Shown here: positions 15,308 to 30,539 of the stretch, one piece after another
Numbering within the stretch: the first letter of the stretch is position 1
How the letters are laid out: every line of letters begins with the position of its first letter
NCBI GenBank assembly: GCA_964016885.1
Contig: OZ024741.1
Span: forward strand, 135,718,001 to 135,782,000
DNA length: 64,000 bases
Source of the DNA: Eledone cirrhosa
Taxonomy: Eukaryota
Direction: 5' to 3'
Notes under the pieces: model-generated
What the model was told of the DNA's origin: nothing
What the model saw: only the letters and a program-made list of their open reading frames with translations
Databases searched by the model: none
Translations under genes and position numbers: made by a program

Positions 15308-16240
15308 GTGAAGAAGAAATATATTTATTTGCAGAAATATCCATACAAAACAATATGGAAATAAAGAATTGAAGAAAAAGAAAAGAAATTAAACAACGAA
15401 AAGGAGAGAAAAATAGGAGGGGTGGACGGACTCTACAGCCCGGGTTGAGCGGTATCTCTCAGCTGGGTCGTTTATATTTGTAAGAGTTGTTTGTGTATTT
15501 TTGGTGCAGTGTATTTTATACTGAATTCCTCTATGACATGTTCTAATATTTTAGTAGAATATGTGCGGTTGATTTATGTTTCTTTTACTCAGTGGGCATC
15601 TTTATATTTTCCCCACAACCAAATTTCTGGAGAAGAATATAAATACTATTGTAAGGATTTTAACTTTCACTGTTTCTATGCAAGTATCTTTATTTAATTC
15701 TGCCTTTGGTGCAATCGGACGTGATGGCTTGTTTGCTTTTGTTTAATCTGAACATATCTATGTCTAGGGAAGGGGTCTTTTATTTGTACTGTTCAAATGT
15801 TGAGGTATTTCATCTTGGAGTTCATTTACTTTTTCTATGTCCTCCTGTATGTCCATGACAATAAATATAACGTCCACTCAGCTGATATATCTATTATGTC
15901 TTCATCCCACTTTGATCTTCATTCTAGCCACGTTGGATGGTGTGAACTTGGACACTAAGGGATAAAACATGGCTGTATCATCTCTTTGTATATATAATTT
16001 ATTTTCTAAAGAGCGAAGGGATATTTCCATTGTACAGTACACTAGTACTGATATTGCAGACGGTTGATATTGTAGACAGATTTCATCTTTCATGTGTGTA
16101 TCTTAGAGTTTTTAATGTTTCAGCCACTGGAAAATTTAGGAACAGACATATTGTGTCGGAGGTCAGACGAGGCAAACTTTGTTGGTGGTATCTAAGATCT
16201 TTACCGAATATTCCAATGACCACGAACTGAATTTTTCACT

Positions 16241-16313
<73 letters not shown>

Positions 16314-16406
16314 GTATATGTATGTGTGTGTGTGTGTGTGTGTAAATATATATATATATATATATGTATATGTGGGTGTCTATATTTGTACATATTTATA
16401 TAAATG

Positions 16407-16441
<35 letters not shown>

Positions 16442-17031
16442 ATATATATTTGTATATATATATGTATATGTGCTTGTATGCATATGTTCATGTAAATATA
16501 CTTGGGTATGAGGAGGTGGTGCAGAAAGAAAGAAAAAGAGAGAGAGAGTGAGAGAGAAAGGGAGAGAGAAAGAGAGAGGGGGGTGGAGCGAAAGGGGGAA
16601 GAGAGAAAGGGGACGGTATGATTTGTGAGATGAAAGTGAGAAATCGATAGTGGATAGGATACAGTGCAAGCTGAAGCAATGTGTCTCATCCGAATGGATT
16701 TGACGAACAAGTGGCGTGATAAATGTGCACTTTTCTGGTTAATGTCGAGCACAATGTGTTAGTGTTAGATAGGATTAACAGCTAAAGCTGTCAACAGAGG
16801 CAAGCGACGCTACTTTTCACTGTTCCCCTCTAAAACACCAACGAGCTCACAGCAGCTTCACTGACAATTAACAGTTGCGACTGTCAAATTCATCCAACTT
16901 TACCTCCCTCATCACCTCTCTGTGTCTATCTTATTAGGTCCATCGCTCACTCTGTTTATCTTACTCACTCTCTCTATCACCTCTATCTTTCTTTCTCTCT
17001 TTCTTGCACTTCCCTTTCTCTAACTCCCAGT

Positions 17032-17106
<75 letters not shown>

Positions 17107-17971
17107 GCTGTCTGCCCGTCTACCTGTCTATCCGTCTATCTATCTCCTCGTCAGTCCGTCTGTCTAACTATCTACCCATCTCTCTGTCTCTGTCTCCCCC
17201 CCCCCTCTCTCTCTCTCTCTCTCCCTCTCATTGACGCTCGCCCCTCTCTCTCTTCCCTCTCTCCCTACCTACCTGTCAATCAACTTCTCTAACTAGCGAT
17301 CTATTTCTCGCTCGGTCTCTTTGTACATACAGACGCATGCACATATCGTATAACGCGGCCGTGTTAAACCGGCTCTGAACCATAACATTTAACAGGCAAC
17401 CAGCTTATGCATGCACACATACATACACATATACATACATACATACATAGCTACATAGATACATACATACATACATAGATACATACATACATTCATACAT
17501 ACATATATACATACATACACACATATATGTATACACACATACGCATATGATTATATAAAAGTATATATGCATACAGAAAACGTGTTCATATATGCATCTA
17601 TATTTGAATACAAACATGCACATACAGACACATACATACACATGCATGCATGCATAAATACATCTATAAATACATACATAAATAGTTACATAGATGCATA
17701 CATCCAAACAGACATACATACGTGCACACATACATACATACATACATACATACATACATACATACATACATACATACATACATACATAAATACATACATA
17801 AATAAATACATATAGCTGCTTGAATAAGCCATAAACCTAGTGAAACATCGAAGCATTGCCAATGAAAATACAATAAATGTTAGACAAAATATATTCAGTG
17901 AATATTGTTTCTACCATGTGAAATCAGTTGCCTTTAACGTCACATGACCAGACACACAGAGATATATAAGC

Positions 17972-18061
<90 letters not shown>

Positions 18062-18078
18062 GCATATATATATATGCA

Positions 18079-18224
<146 letters not shown>

Positions 18225-18329
18225 TTATGTGAGTGTGTGTATGTATGTATATATATATATATATATAAAATATTATCCAGGTCATATATATATATATGAC
18301 GTGGATAATATTTATATATATATATATAT

Positions 18330-18490
18330 ATCCTCCACTTCCCTACACACCATCGGAACTCTCTTTCCACCCACATTTCGCCTGAAGAAGGGCTTATGCC
18401 CGAAACGCCCCCCCCCCCACTCTCAAGAGCGTGAAACTAATAAACCTTTGTTCGTACTGCCTCTCTGTTTTGTTCCCGTTCCATTTTTCA

Positions 18491-18492
<2 letters not shown>
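18330..18492 (+). mobile_element. Penelope-like pLTR fragment with a hammerhead core, cleavage triplet degenerate
   Basis: TTTCGC-CTGAAGA-aGGGC ttat GCCC-GAAAC...GTGAAA then AATAAA (18376-18445). Related minus-strand fragments at ~4275-4325 and ~45015-45070. Confidence 0.6.
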
Positions 18493-18523
<31 letters not shown>

Positions 18524-18584
18524 TATCCACGTCATATATATATATATGTATATATATATGTATATATATGATGTGGGTAATATT

Positions 18585-18802
18585 CTATATTATATGAGAA
18601 TAGTTCAATGTAAAATAACAAGTATATTACAGAGCCGAAATACTTTATGAATAACAATCAAAAGTGTGTTTAGAACATTCAATCACTTACGATCGTTTCA
18701 TCCTAGAACAAGGCCGGATTCACCAATTAATCCGGCTTTGTGGTAGGATGAAACGATCGTAAGTGATTGAGTGTTCTAAACACTCTTTGATTGTCATTTA
18801 TA
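18585..18802. mobile_element. Fold-back element (arms ~18648-18721 / 18729-18802) with a hammerhead 3' half
   Basis: Each arm has GAAA-CGATCG-TA (palindromic stem III); the CUGANGA half is missing at the hairpin apex. Confidence 0.65.
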
Positions 18803-18840
<38 letters not shown>

Positions 18841-18947
18841 CCAAATGGATATTTAATTTGTTGGTAATTCAACAAATATATATATTTATAACAGATTCGA
18901 AGCACTCGACAGATTTTCTGGAGTATAATATCATCGATATATATATA

Positions 18948-19140
18948 TATAGGAAAAGGTATGACCCCGACGGCAGAGCTCAAGCCGTTTCGACGGCTAT
19001 TTCAGGACTCAAATAGCCGTCGAAACGGCTTGAGCTCTGCCGACGGGGTCATACCTTTTCCTATCACCCACTCTACTACCCTAAGTATTGATTACTCTGG
19101 TGCGTTATGGTCCACCTAGTTCCTTACCACAATTCCCTCG

Positions 19141-19142
<2 letters not shown>
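18948..19142 (+). mobile_element. Fold-back element (arms ~18948-19002 / 19011-19065) plus tail, with a hammerhead 3' half
   Basis: GAAAC-GGC ttgagctct GCC-GTC on the minus strand of the left arm; relative at 32805-32972. Confidence 0.65.
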
Positions 19143-19211
<69 letters not shown>

Positions 19212-20136
19212 CATGTATATATGTTTGTATATATATATGTGTGTTTGTGTGTAAGTATACATGAAGCGTACGATTGAACAGTATGTCAATGTGAAAATAT
19301 TAAATAAATACGTTGTGTTTAACAAAAAAAGTCTCAGTAAATCTCACAAAACATAAATCCCCCCGCCCCCCATATATTATAGGTCCTCTTCTTGCCCACA
19401 TTCGATCTCATCTTTTCCAAGGCCATCCTCTTAGTATTTAACCCAACTGGGTTCAATACTAAGAGGATGGCCAACTGGGTTAAATACTAAGAACTACAAG
19501 AAATACTAAGAACTACAATCAGATCCCAATCCCCAAATTATGCGCACCATTCCCCAAAATAAAATAATTTCAGTCAACACATTGGTTTTCTAACAAATCG
19601 TGTTTTTGAGACTTCTTTCTCTGACAAAAGTAAGCAAATTACTAAGCCTGCATTCTCCACTACACAGTCCAAACACTTGTACGCTTGTCATGTTAGAAGT
19701 CATAATACCACATGAACCTTCAGCCTCTTTCGTTACTTTCACAACGTTGTTGGGGAGCAAAGATAAGTAAAGATTTATTTATTGATCGCAGGGAAATTAT
19801 TATAGATTTAATTTAATAATGCAATTTTTTATAAAAATCTGAACATTTCATGTCCAGTTATGAGCCTCTCTGAGGTTTGTGCCTAATGCCGCAGCCTTGT
19901 TGACCTTAAAAGTAGCACTGGCCCTTATCCAACCTATTCAGTTCTGGTATGTGTATGTTTGATTTGGATTGGTTCTAGCTCATTGACTAGTCAAATCAAT
20001 TATATTGTTTAGAAATATATGCATGGCTGTCTCATTGTCTCATTGGGCAAAAGTCTTCTGCAAAAACCCCAGGTTACCTTATGCCTTGTGAGAAGAATTT
20101 GGTAGATTGAAACTGCAGGAATCCATTGTGTGTGTG

Positions 20137-20252
<116 letters not shown>

Positions 20253-20274
20253 CGTGCGTGTATGTGTGTAGATA

Positions 20275-20305
<31 letters not shown>

Positions 20306-20730
20306 GTGTGTGTGTGTGTGTGTGTATGTGTGTAGATATGTGTGTGTGTGTATGTACGTCTGTTTATTAGTGATTCAGTTTACGTCCTGAACTTAGTGGT
20401 TTGACAAAAATGCGATCGGTAAAATAAATACAAGACTCGAAAACATAAACACTGTGGTCGATATGTTCGATTAAAAGGAAGACCGTATCCCAGCACGGGC
20501 GACAATAAATCAACGAAGTCTGTAACAGAATAAAAGAAATGTGTTTGCTACTGGGAAGATATAAATATTGCATGGACGTTTTGAATAACTGATATTCTTC
20601 TGGCGGGTATTGGTTAAGTTCTTGAGGACATTGACTTCATGAAGATATTTGCCACATTTTTGATATTTCTCCTGACATCTCTCTCTATTTCTGTCTTTCC
20701 TCCCTCTCTCTCTCTCCCCCACTCTCTCTC

Positions 20731-21316
<586 letters not shown>

Positions 21317-21319
21317 ACA

Positions 21320-21436
<117 letters not shown>

Positions 21437-21607
21437 AAGTTCCCATGTTGTGTGGTGGGAAAGCCTCATTTTAAAAAAGCTACTCAATACAGTGATAACG
21501 TGTAGGCATCTGTATTATATATAAAAAAAGATGTACAGGACTAAAACTGTTTCATTCGTAAGAAATCATTTTCCCTCTCTCTTTCACTTTCCCCCCTCTC
21601 TCTATAT

Positions 21608-21669
<62 letters not shown>

Positions 21670-21863
21670 ACACAATTATAGATAATCATATATATATATA
21701 TATTTATATAAATATATAGAGATATACATACATTCATATACATATAGATATATTTATATATTGAATTTGTTTTAAACTAGTTATACGATTACTCAACAGA
21801 GTACTCGGTACCTGGGATAGTAGAGCACGATATATATATATATATATATATACATGCACACAC

Positions 21864-21992
<129 letters not shown>

Positions 21993-21997
21993 TATAT

Positions 21998-22043
<46 letters not shown>

Positions 22044-22045
22044 AT

Positions 22046-22076
<31 letters not shown>

Positions 22077-22080
22077 CATA

Positions 22081-22121
<41 letters not shown>

Positions 22122-22144
22122 ATATATAGAGAGATACATATATA

Positions 22145-22214
<70 letters not shown>

Positions 22215-22385
22215 AATATATATAATTATATATATATATATATACAATAATATATATAATTATATATATGTATATAACTATATATATATAAACGGAAAAA
22301 ATGAAACGATATTTATATATATATAATTATATATATATATATATAATTATATAATTATATAAATATATATATATATATAATTATA

Positions 22386-22437
<52 letters not shown>

Positions 22438-23195
22438 TACAATTATATATATATATATATTCAGAATCATACGTACACACACACAACAATATTGAATGTG
22501 CGAAGGCCATTAATCTAAATGTGTGTATTTGTGAATAATTTGTGAAATATTAGGAAGAAAGGAAGAGACACTCTTAATGAGAGAGAGTGAGGGTGAGAGA
22601 GACATAGAAATACAGATATATAGAGGGAGGACGGGAGAGGAGTTTCGCGCATATTACATATTAAATAAAAGAATTAATTCTCTAGAGACTTGATAAGACG
22701 CGGATACTTGTCACACGTTTGTGTACACATATATTCCCGTCATTCCTTCTCCCTTTCTTCTTTCCTGCCTTCATTCTTTCCTTTATTTCTTTCCTTCCTT
22801 CCTTCCTTCATTCACGTGGAGTTCTTTTAACCAGCGTCGTATTTATTCTATCCATAGTCGCCGCAATACATAAGATATTACAACAGACACACACACAGAA
22901 TAAGTGAAAACATGTTTTCGATGCCACATTTTGTCTACAACAAATTGTGGCAAAGTGTTGAATATGAAATTTAATGAAGTATGCTTAAGGCGGACGCTAA
23001 AACAAACCTATTTTAACATTGGATTACCTATCTACCTACCTTGGACAAACTTCCCGCTTTCTCTCCTGTTAAACCACAACATTTTTGATATTCTCAGCAA
23101 ATAATCTCTCACCATTATCATTATAATTATCACTACATTGCAATCATCATCACATCATATTCGTACACGCATACATACATACATACATACATACA

Positions 23196-23232
<37 letters not shown>

Positions 23233-24189
23233 ACGCACATACATACGTACGTCCATATATAGGTACATACATATATACATATATATAGAGCTGCATATTC
23301 CCTCAATTAATATTGAAATGATGTAATGCCTAGGTTTTAATTAAAATAATAATGATAATAATATACACACATTCATACATTTATATATATATGATATACG
23401 CTAAAAAGCATGTTGTAAGCTCGGCTTTTTAGTATTGTAGTTGATCAATTATCACTCACACTAATACAAATAAACGCACACACAAACACACATATACACA
23501 CAACAACAGCAACAACACAAATAATACTCAAACATACAAACGCCCCCTACAAAAAGGCAAACACACACACATACACACACAGACAGCGCACACACGAACA
23601 CACAAACATCACATAAACACCACGTAAACAGACACATAAACGTGTACGCAAATACTATATAAACAAACTAACACGCGCGCACACACATAATACATACACA
23701 CACATATACACACATACAAACACACACAAACACCACATAAACCAGTACATAAACACACAAACATCAACGCCACACATATCCCCCGCCCCCTAAAAAGTTA
23801 TAAGTGTCACCAATCACTTTGAATTGAGTCAAAATGAAAGCAGCAAAACGTAAACCAAAAGAAAGGAATGTCGGCCGAAGGAAAGCGAAACCGGTGAGTG
23901 GAACAATAATGTTGTTTGGAATTTACACCTGCGTTTTTCAAACTTATTTTACTGTGACCCACAAAAACAGTTGTATTATGTATTGTGACCCAATATATCT
24001 ATGTGAAATAAATCAGACACGAATTTTGTGTACGATTTTGCATTTTTCTTTGTAGATTTTAGTGTATTTTGTAGTCTTTTTCTCCATGTGGCGACCCATT
24101 CTGTTTATCATGCGACCCATGGGGATCTATATAAAAGAAAAACAAAATTAATAGTAATGATAATAATAAAGTAAGAAGAACGGAATGGT

Positions 24190-25011
24190 TTTAACAACAG
24201 CAATAACAAGAGTAACAATAAGAATCACAGAATATATCAACAATAACAACTAAAACAGTAACAACCTCAACGAGGGCAGCAATATTTCTTTTACGTAGAT
24301 AACTGAAAAATAGAAATAAAGTAACAATAATAATACAAGAAATAGTAGAGTAATTGCAACAGCGACAATAACAACCGTGGTAATACAAACCGAAATAAAG
24401 AGGTTGACAAAAGTGACAATAACGACAACGTTGACAATAATTTAAATAATGATTTCTAATTTAGGCACAAGGCTAGCAATTTGGGCTAGGTGAAAGTCGA
24501 TTAAATAGGCCCCAGTGCATTACTGGTGCTTTATTCTATCGACCCTGTAAGGACGAAAGCTATAACAACAACAGCGACATGATTAAAACGACAGTAAAAA
24601 TAAAAATAATAACGTCAATGGCACGGTAAAAATAACAACGACAACAACGACAACGACAACGACGACGACAAGAACCATGACAGCAATAAACATAACAACA
24701 ACAGCAGCAACAACAACAGCAACAACAACAACTGTATCTATAACAATGACAAAGACAACGAGGACAGCAACAATAATAACACCTAAAACAACTACAACAG
24801 CAACGATATTTACAACAATGATGACAATAACAACAACAACAGAAACAACAACGACAATGGAAACTATAACAATAATAACAAGAACAACAATGACGAGGAC
24901 AGCAAGTGTAATAGTAGCAACAACCATAATAAAATAAAAATATTTTCTGATTTAGGCACAAGGCCAGAAATGTGGATGAGGACGAGAATGTCGATATCTA
25001 CCACAGTACTT

Positions 25012-25045
<34 letters not shown>

Positions 25046-25099
25046 GCTGCCACCGCGACTACTACTACTACTAGTACTACTGCTACCACCACCGCCGCG

Positions 25100-25138
<39 letters not shown>

Positions 25139-25140
25139 GT
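24190..25140 (+). repeat. (AAC)n / (TAC)n trinucleotide low-complexity tracts with SINE fragments
   Basis: Directly visible. Confidence 0.85.
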
Positions 25141-25159
25141 AATTAGATAGAATAATAAT

Positions 25160-25860
25160 AATTGCTTCTACTTTTCGTACAAGGTCAGCAATTTGTGGGA
25201 AGGGGAAAGTGGATTATATCCACCCCAGTATTTAACGGGTATTTTATGAAAGGCAAAGTCTCATCATCGCGATTGGAGCCGGAAGATAAAGTGCCGGTAT
25301 AAATACTGCTAAGCATTTACCCGACGCTGTGACGACTCAGCCAATTCAAAATAATAATAGTAATAATGGTCAACAATTTTGGGGAGGGGAAAGTCGATTA
25401 AATCGACTCAAGTGCATTACTGGTATTTTATTTTATCGACCCCCTAAGGATGAAAGGCAAAGCTAATCTCGACGGGATTTGAATGAAACTAATCGATATA
25501 TATAATGGTTTCTTATATAGGCACAAGGCCAGCAATTTGGGGGGAGGGGGAAGTCGATTAAATCGACTCCAGTGCGTTACTGGTATTATATTTTATCGAC
25601 CCAATAAGGATGAAAGGCAAAGCTAATGTCGACGGGATTTGAATTAAACTAATCGATATATATATATAATGCAAATAAAAAGCCATAGAAACGTGGGTTA
25701 AAATTTTGTTATATACTTACTGGTCTTTATTTCATTGACCCCGTATTGATGAAAGGCAAAGTTGACCTCTATTAGATTTATACACAGAACGTAATATGTG
25801 GTAACTAGATGCCTCAGAATACTTGGTCTGATGCTCTAGTAACTTTACAATTCTAGGACT
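25160..25860 (-). mobile_element. Cluster of ~4 tandem SINE copies (family A)
   Basis: Repeated GGCACAAGGCCAGCAATT...TTTTATCGACCC..AAGGATGAAAGGCAAAG..GACGGGATTTGAA, the reverse complement of the 55501 copy. Confidence 0.85.
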
Positions 25861-26139
25861 GATTGAAGAGGACGTTACAAAGACAAGTTACATAAAGTGT
25901 GGCTGTTTACATAAACACCTACTTGGATGAAAAGGTAAATAAACAAAGTATACAAGTAAACCCCACAAACGCACCACGAGCAATTGCCCTCTTCCGATTT
26001 TACTTCTCCGGCCTACAATCTCATGCAGAGAGTAGAATCTTTCACTTTTGCCATTTTCCCAACAGTCACCCATCTTTTTAAATATTTGCTAGAAGATGGT
26101 ACCGCCTCGCCCTCATACACGTTTTACCAAATATTAATA

Positions 26140-26190
<51 letters not shown>

Positions 26191-26534
26191 GTGGTGTTAA
26201 TCAAATAAAACTAATATTTAGAGGAGTGAAAAAAAGGCGTCGTCAGTAATAAAAAAAATTGGATAGCACTTAAAACCTTGTGATAAAAAAACAAAACAAA
26301 ATAGAGACAGAGAGAAAGAGGGGCTGGAGAGAAAGTGGAGGAGGAGATAAAGTGAAGCAAGAGAAAAGGAGCCGGAGAGAAAAAAGAGATGAGAGAGAGA
26401 GAAAGGATTGAAGGGTGAGACGGACAAAGAAAGGCAAGAGTGAGATCAAAGAGAGGAAAGAGAGGAGAGATAGAGACGTTTGTAAAGGGTTGCTGATGTA
26501 ATATTTGCAATGTTCAATACAGTACACATTTCAT

Positions 26535-27272
26535 GACCACTACTGAACATACAACACAGCCACTATTGTACCCTTTACACATACATCACTGCACACATTG
26601 CATAGTCACTAATGTATATATTACATGGTCACTACTGTACACATTACACGGCAAATACTGTACACATTACACGGACATCACAGCACACATTACATGGTCA
26701 CTACTGTACACATTACACGGCAAATACTGTACACATGACACGGACATCACTGCACACATTACATGGTCACTACTGTACACATTACAGGCAAATACTGTAC
26801 ACATTACACGGACATCACTGCACACATTACATGGTCACTACTGTACACATTACACGGCAAATACTGTACACATTACACGGACATCACTGCACACATTACA
26901 TGGTCACTACTGTACACATTACATGATCACTACTGAACACATTACATAATCACAACTGTACACATTAGACGGTTACTAGTGTACAAATTACATGGTTACT
27001 ACTGACATATTACACCGTCACTACAGTACACATTACATGGTCACTACTGACAAATTACACGGACATCACTGTACATATTACATGGTCACTACTGTACATA
27101 TTACATGCTCACTACTGTACACATTATACAGTCACTACATGGTCACTACTGGAATATTACACGGATATCACTGTACATATTACATAGTCACTACTGTACA
27201 CAGTAAATGATCACTACTGCACACATTACACGGTCACTAATGTACACATTATACAGTCCCTACTGTAAATAT
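26535..27272 (+). repeat. 23 bp minisatellite with a 69 bp (3x23) higher-order repeat
   Basis: TTACATGGTCACTACTGTACACA / TTACACGGCAAATACTGTACACA / TTACACGGACATCACTGCACACA cycle, starting at 26621, 26690 and 26759. Confidence 0.92.
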
Positions 27273-27599
27273 TAGATGCAGTGCTGGTCCTTGAGAATTT
27301 AACGGGCCTGACTAGCTCTAGAATTGGCACCCACTTATCTCAACCATGCTCTCCTTTCGCCCAAATAAAATAATTTTAAGATAAGTTTGGTTGGCAAGCT
27401 GTCACAAGTAGATTATTGTTTACACATCTTGCTCTAGTAACAATAAGAGAATTACTAAGCATGCATTTTCTGTAACACTCACCCACACCAAATCATGTAA
27501 CAGCTTGTAACACCATATGATTCTTTGCATCACTTTGCATATTTTAACCGGCAAAGACGCCTAGGGATTTATTCATTGGTCGCAGCAAATTATTATATA

Positions 27600-27768
27600 C
27601 CGTATTTCCCAGTGTCGAAGACGCTACTTTTTTCAGAAAGTAAGTCTCAAAAATCTACCATGCGTCCTGGAGGCCGAAGATTGTTTATTTATTTTTTTTC
27701 AAATTTTAGGTTGTCAAAATTAAGGTACGTCCTCGAGGACGAAGCGTCTTCGGCACCGGGAAATACGG
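27600..27768. mobile_element. Tc1/mariner-pogo type MITE
   Basis: TA|CCGTATTTCCCAGTGTCGAAGACGC ... GCGTCTTCGGCACCGGGAAATACGG|TA: 25 bp TIRs and a TA target duplication. Confidence 0.88.
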
Positions 27769-28303
27769 TATTTAATTTAAGTATACAAATTTGTATAAAT
27801 CTGTGATCCGTTAAGGTTCAGTGACGTGCCTACCTGAGGCCTGCACATTTGCTGGCTGCCTATTTGGCCTTAATTGTAGCACCGGGCCTGATAGCATGGC
27901 CAGTACTGTACAGACATTACATAACAGTTTCTGGTTGCATCAGTTATGAGATACTGGACAGACGAGACGAGACAAAGTGGACAAACGTGAACAAAAGAAG
28001 AAGAGATATTAGTTTGTGTTGCTGATGTAGTTAGTATGTTAGTGCTGTTGTGAATGTTCCCCTTGTTTTTTGTTGTTGTTGTCATAGTAATTGTTGTTGA
28101 GGTTGATGTTATTGGTGAAGTTACTGTGGTTGTTTTCGTTGTTGTTGTTCCTGTTGTTGTTGCTTCTGGTTTCATAGGTAATGTTGTCGTTTTACCTGTA
28201 GCTCTCGTTACTCTTAATCCACACCTCTCCGAGACCCACATGTTAGCCTTAATTGAAAAACAAAAACAACAGACTTATGGTGATGATAATAGCTTCCATG
28301 CTT

Positions 28304-28364
<61 letters not shown>

Positions 28365-28419
28365 ATTGTATTTGTCCCCTTCTTTTGTGCCCCTGTGGCT
28401 AATAAAGAAACATATCTAC

Positions 28420-28483
<64 letters not shown>

Positions 28484-28959
28484 GTGCCTCTCTATCTATG
28501 TTTATCACCACATTATATGTTTGTCTATCTATTTCTATTGGTGTGTGTGTGTATATAAATATATAATATACACAAACATACAGATATTTATACACACATG
28601 AATACTCACCTACCCTCACTGACGCATATATACAAATATAAAGATATATATGTATGTATTTATGTATGTATGCACGAATGTATGTATGTATGTGTGTGTG
28701 TGTGCGTGTGCGTGTATGAATGTATGTATGCATGTATGTATGTATTTATATGTTATACTTAGGCATAGTGTGTTTAGCTGTTCAGCTATCACAATATGTG
28801 TTTTTTTTTCTCGAAATATAGTAGACTGTAAATTGAAGAATACGTGGCTATTATTTCTAGCACACCTACTATCTACGTAGAGGTGGAGATTCCAAAGATA
28901 TTTGATGACACTGAATTCTGTTGTAGGTGTTACATCGGTTATAGCATTATTACGGTTGT

Positions 28960-28994
<35 letters not shown>

Positions 28995-28995
28995 G

Positions 28996-29031
<36 letters not shown>

Positions 29032-29126
29032 TATATATACATACATACATATATATATACATATATATTAATATATACCATGTTTAACTAGAGTTATATA
29101 TATATATATATACATACATATATATA

Positions 29127-29172
<46 letters not shown>

Positions 29173-29389
29173 TACATATACACACACACACACATATATA
29201 TATACATACATAGTATAAACCACAGTACTAAAAGTAAATTCTAACTACTACTACTAGTAGTAATAGTAGTAGTAGTAGTAGTTAGAATTTACTTTTAGTA
29301 CTGAGGTTTATACTATGTATGTATATATATATGTGTGTGTGTGTGTATATATATATATAAAACCTTATGCTAGTCCCGTTAACCTCTTC

Positions 29390-29516
29390 CATTCTGAGTT
29401 CAAATCCCGCCAAGGTTAACTTTGCCTTTCATCCCTACGGGATCGATAAAATAAAGTACCAGTAATGCACTGGGGTAATTGCTGGCCTTGTGCCAAAATT
29501 AGAAACAATTATTACT

Positions 29517-29594
<78 letters not shown>

Positions 29595-29676
29595 AGTAAT
29601 AATTGTTTCTCCTATTGGCACAGCAATTGGATAATTGCTGGCCTTGTGCCAAAAGTAGAAACAATTATTACTTATC

Positions 29677-29750
<74 letters not shown>

Positions 29751-29836
29751 GTTTCTACTATTGGCACAAGGTACATTACTGGTACTTTATTTTACCGACC
29801 CCGTAAGGATGAAAGGCAAAGTTAACCTAGGCGGGA
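29390..29836. mobile_element. Family A SINE copies arranged as inverted duplications around (TA)n tracts
   Basis: Plus copy 29390-29520, minus copy 29745-29836, with mirrored 3'-end fragments between them. Confidence 0.8.
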
Positions 29837-30085
29837 TATACATATATAATAAGTAATAATAAGAGGTTAATGGGAGTAGCATAAGGTTTCCCTGCTTGTA
29901 CCAGTTGCATCTGAGCGTACTCAATAGGTAAGATTATGTATAAATCCCAGAGTATACACAACGTTATTTGCATCAATGCAACACACGTAAAAGGGTACCT
30001 TAAATGTATACCTCTACTCGAGTTTCTGCTATACATATGCAGTAAGAGAGCGTATATTAATTATTTATGTATACACATATATGTA

Positions 30086-30539
30086 TACTAGACCTGAAAA
30101 ATGCGCAAGCTCAAAAGAGCCACAGAATGTTATAATAAACCTTCAAAAGTGTGGGACTAGAGTTGTTGCAAAAAAATATTGTAATCATTATCTATCGTAC
30201 ACTCTTTGGCATCCTTTTATAAAAAAGAGACTCATAACGAACTCAAGACGACACGATAATTATTTAAGCTAATGTTCAATATCTCATATTAGTTGTTTAG
30301 TAATGATTAATACGAAATGCACTTAAACCGAATTCTATATTATAAATTTACTTAAATAATTATCGTGTCGTCTTGAGTTCGTTATGAGTCTCTTTTCTTT
30401 TTTTTATAAAAGGATGCCACAGTGTGTACGATAGATACTGATTACAATACTTTTGAGCAATGACTCTAGTCCCACACTTTTGAAGGTTTATTATAACATT
30501 CTGTGACACTTTTGAGCTTGCGCATTTTTCAGGTCTAGT
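30086..30539. mobile_element. Fold-back/MITE-like element with ~185 bp TIRs (30086-30269 / 30350-30539), unclassified
   Basis: ACTAGACCTGAAAAATGCGCAAGCTCAAAAG...CTTTTGAGCTTGCGCATTTTTCAGGTCTAGT with an 80 bp spacer; no hammerhead and no tail. Confidence 0.8.

Noticed and set aside
19421-19520. 52 bp palindrome with adjacent short duplications
   Set aside because: Real, but it looks like a local template-switch scar; no ribozyme, tail or second copy.
26533-27210. His/Thr-rich repeat ORFs, or a CRISPR-like array
   Set aside because: Contiguous minisatellite units; no spacers, no cas genes, eukaryotic context.
27900-27958. Possible pre-miRNA hairpin
   Set aside because: Pairing is patchy and matches no mature miRNA I recognise.
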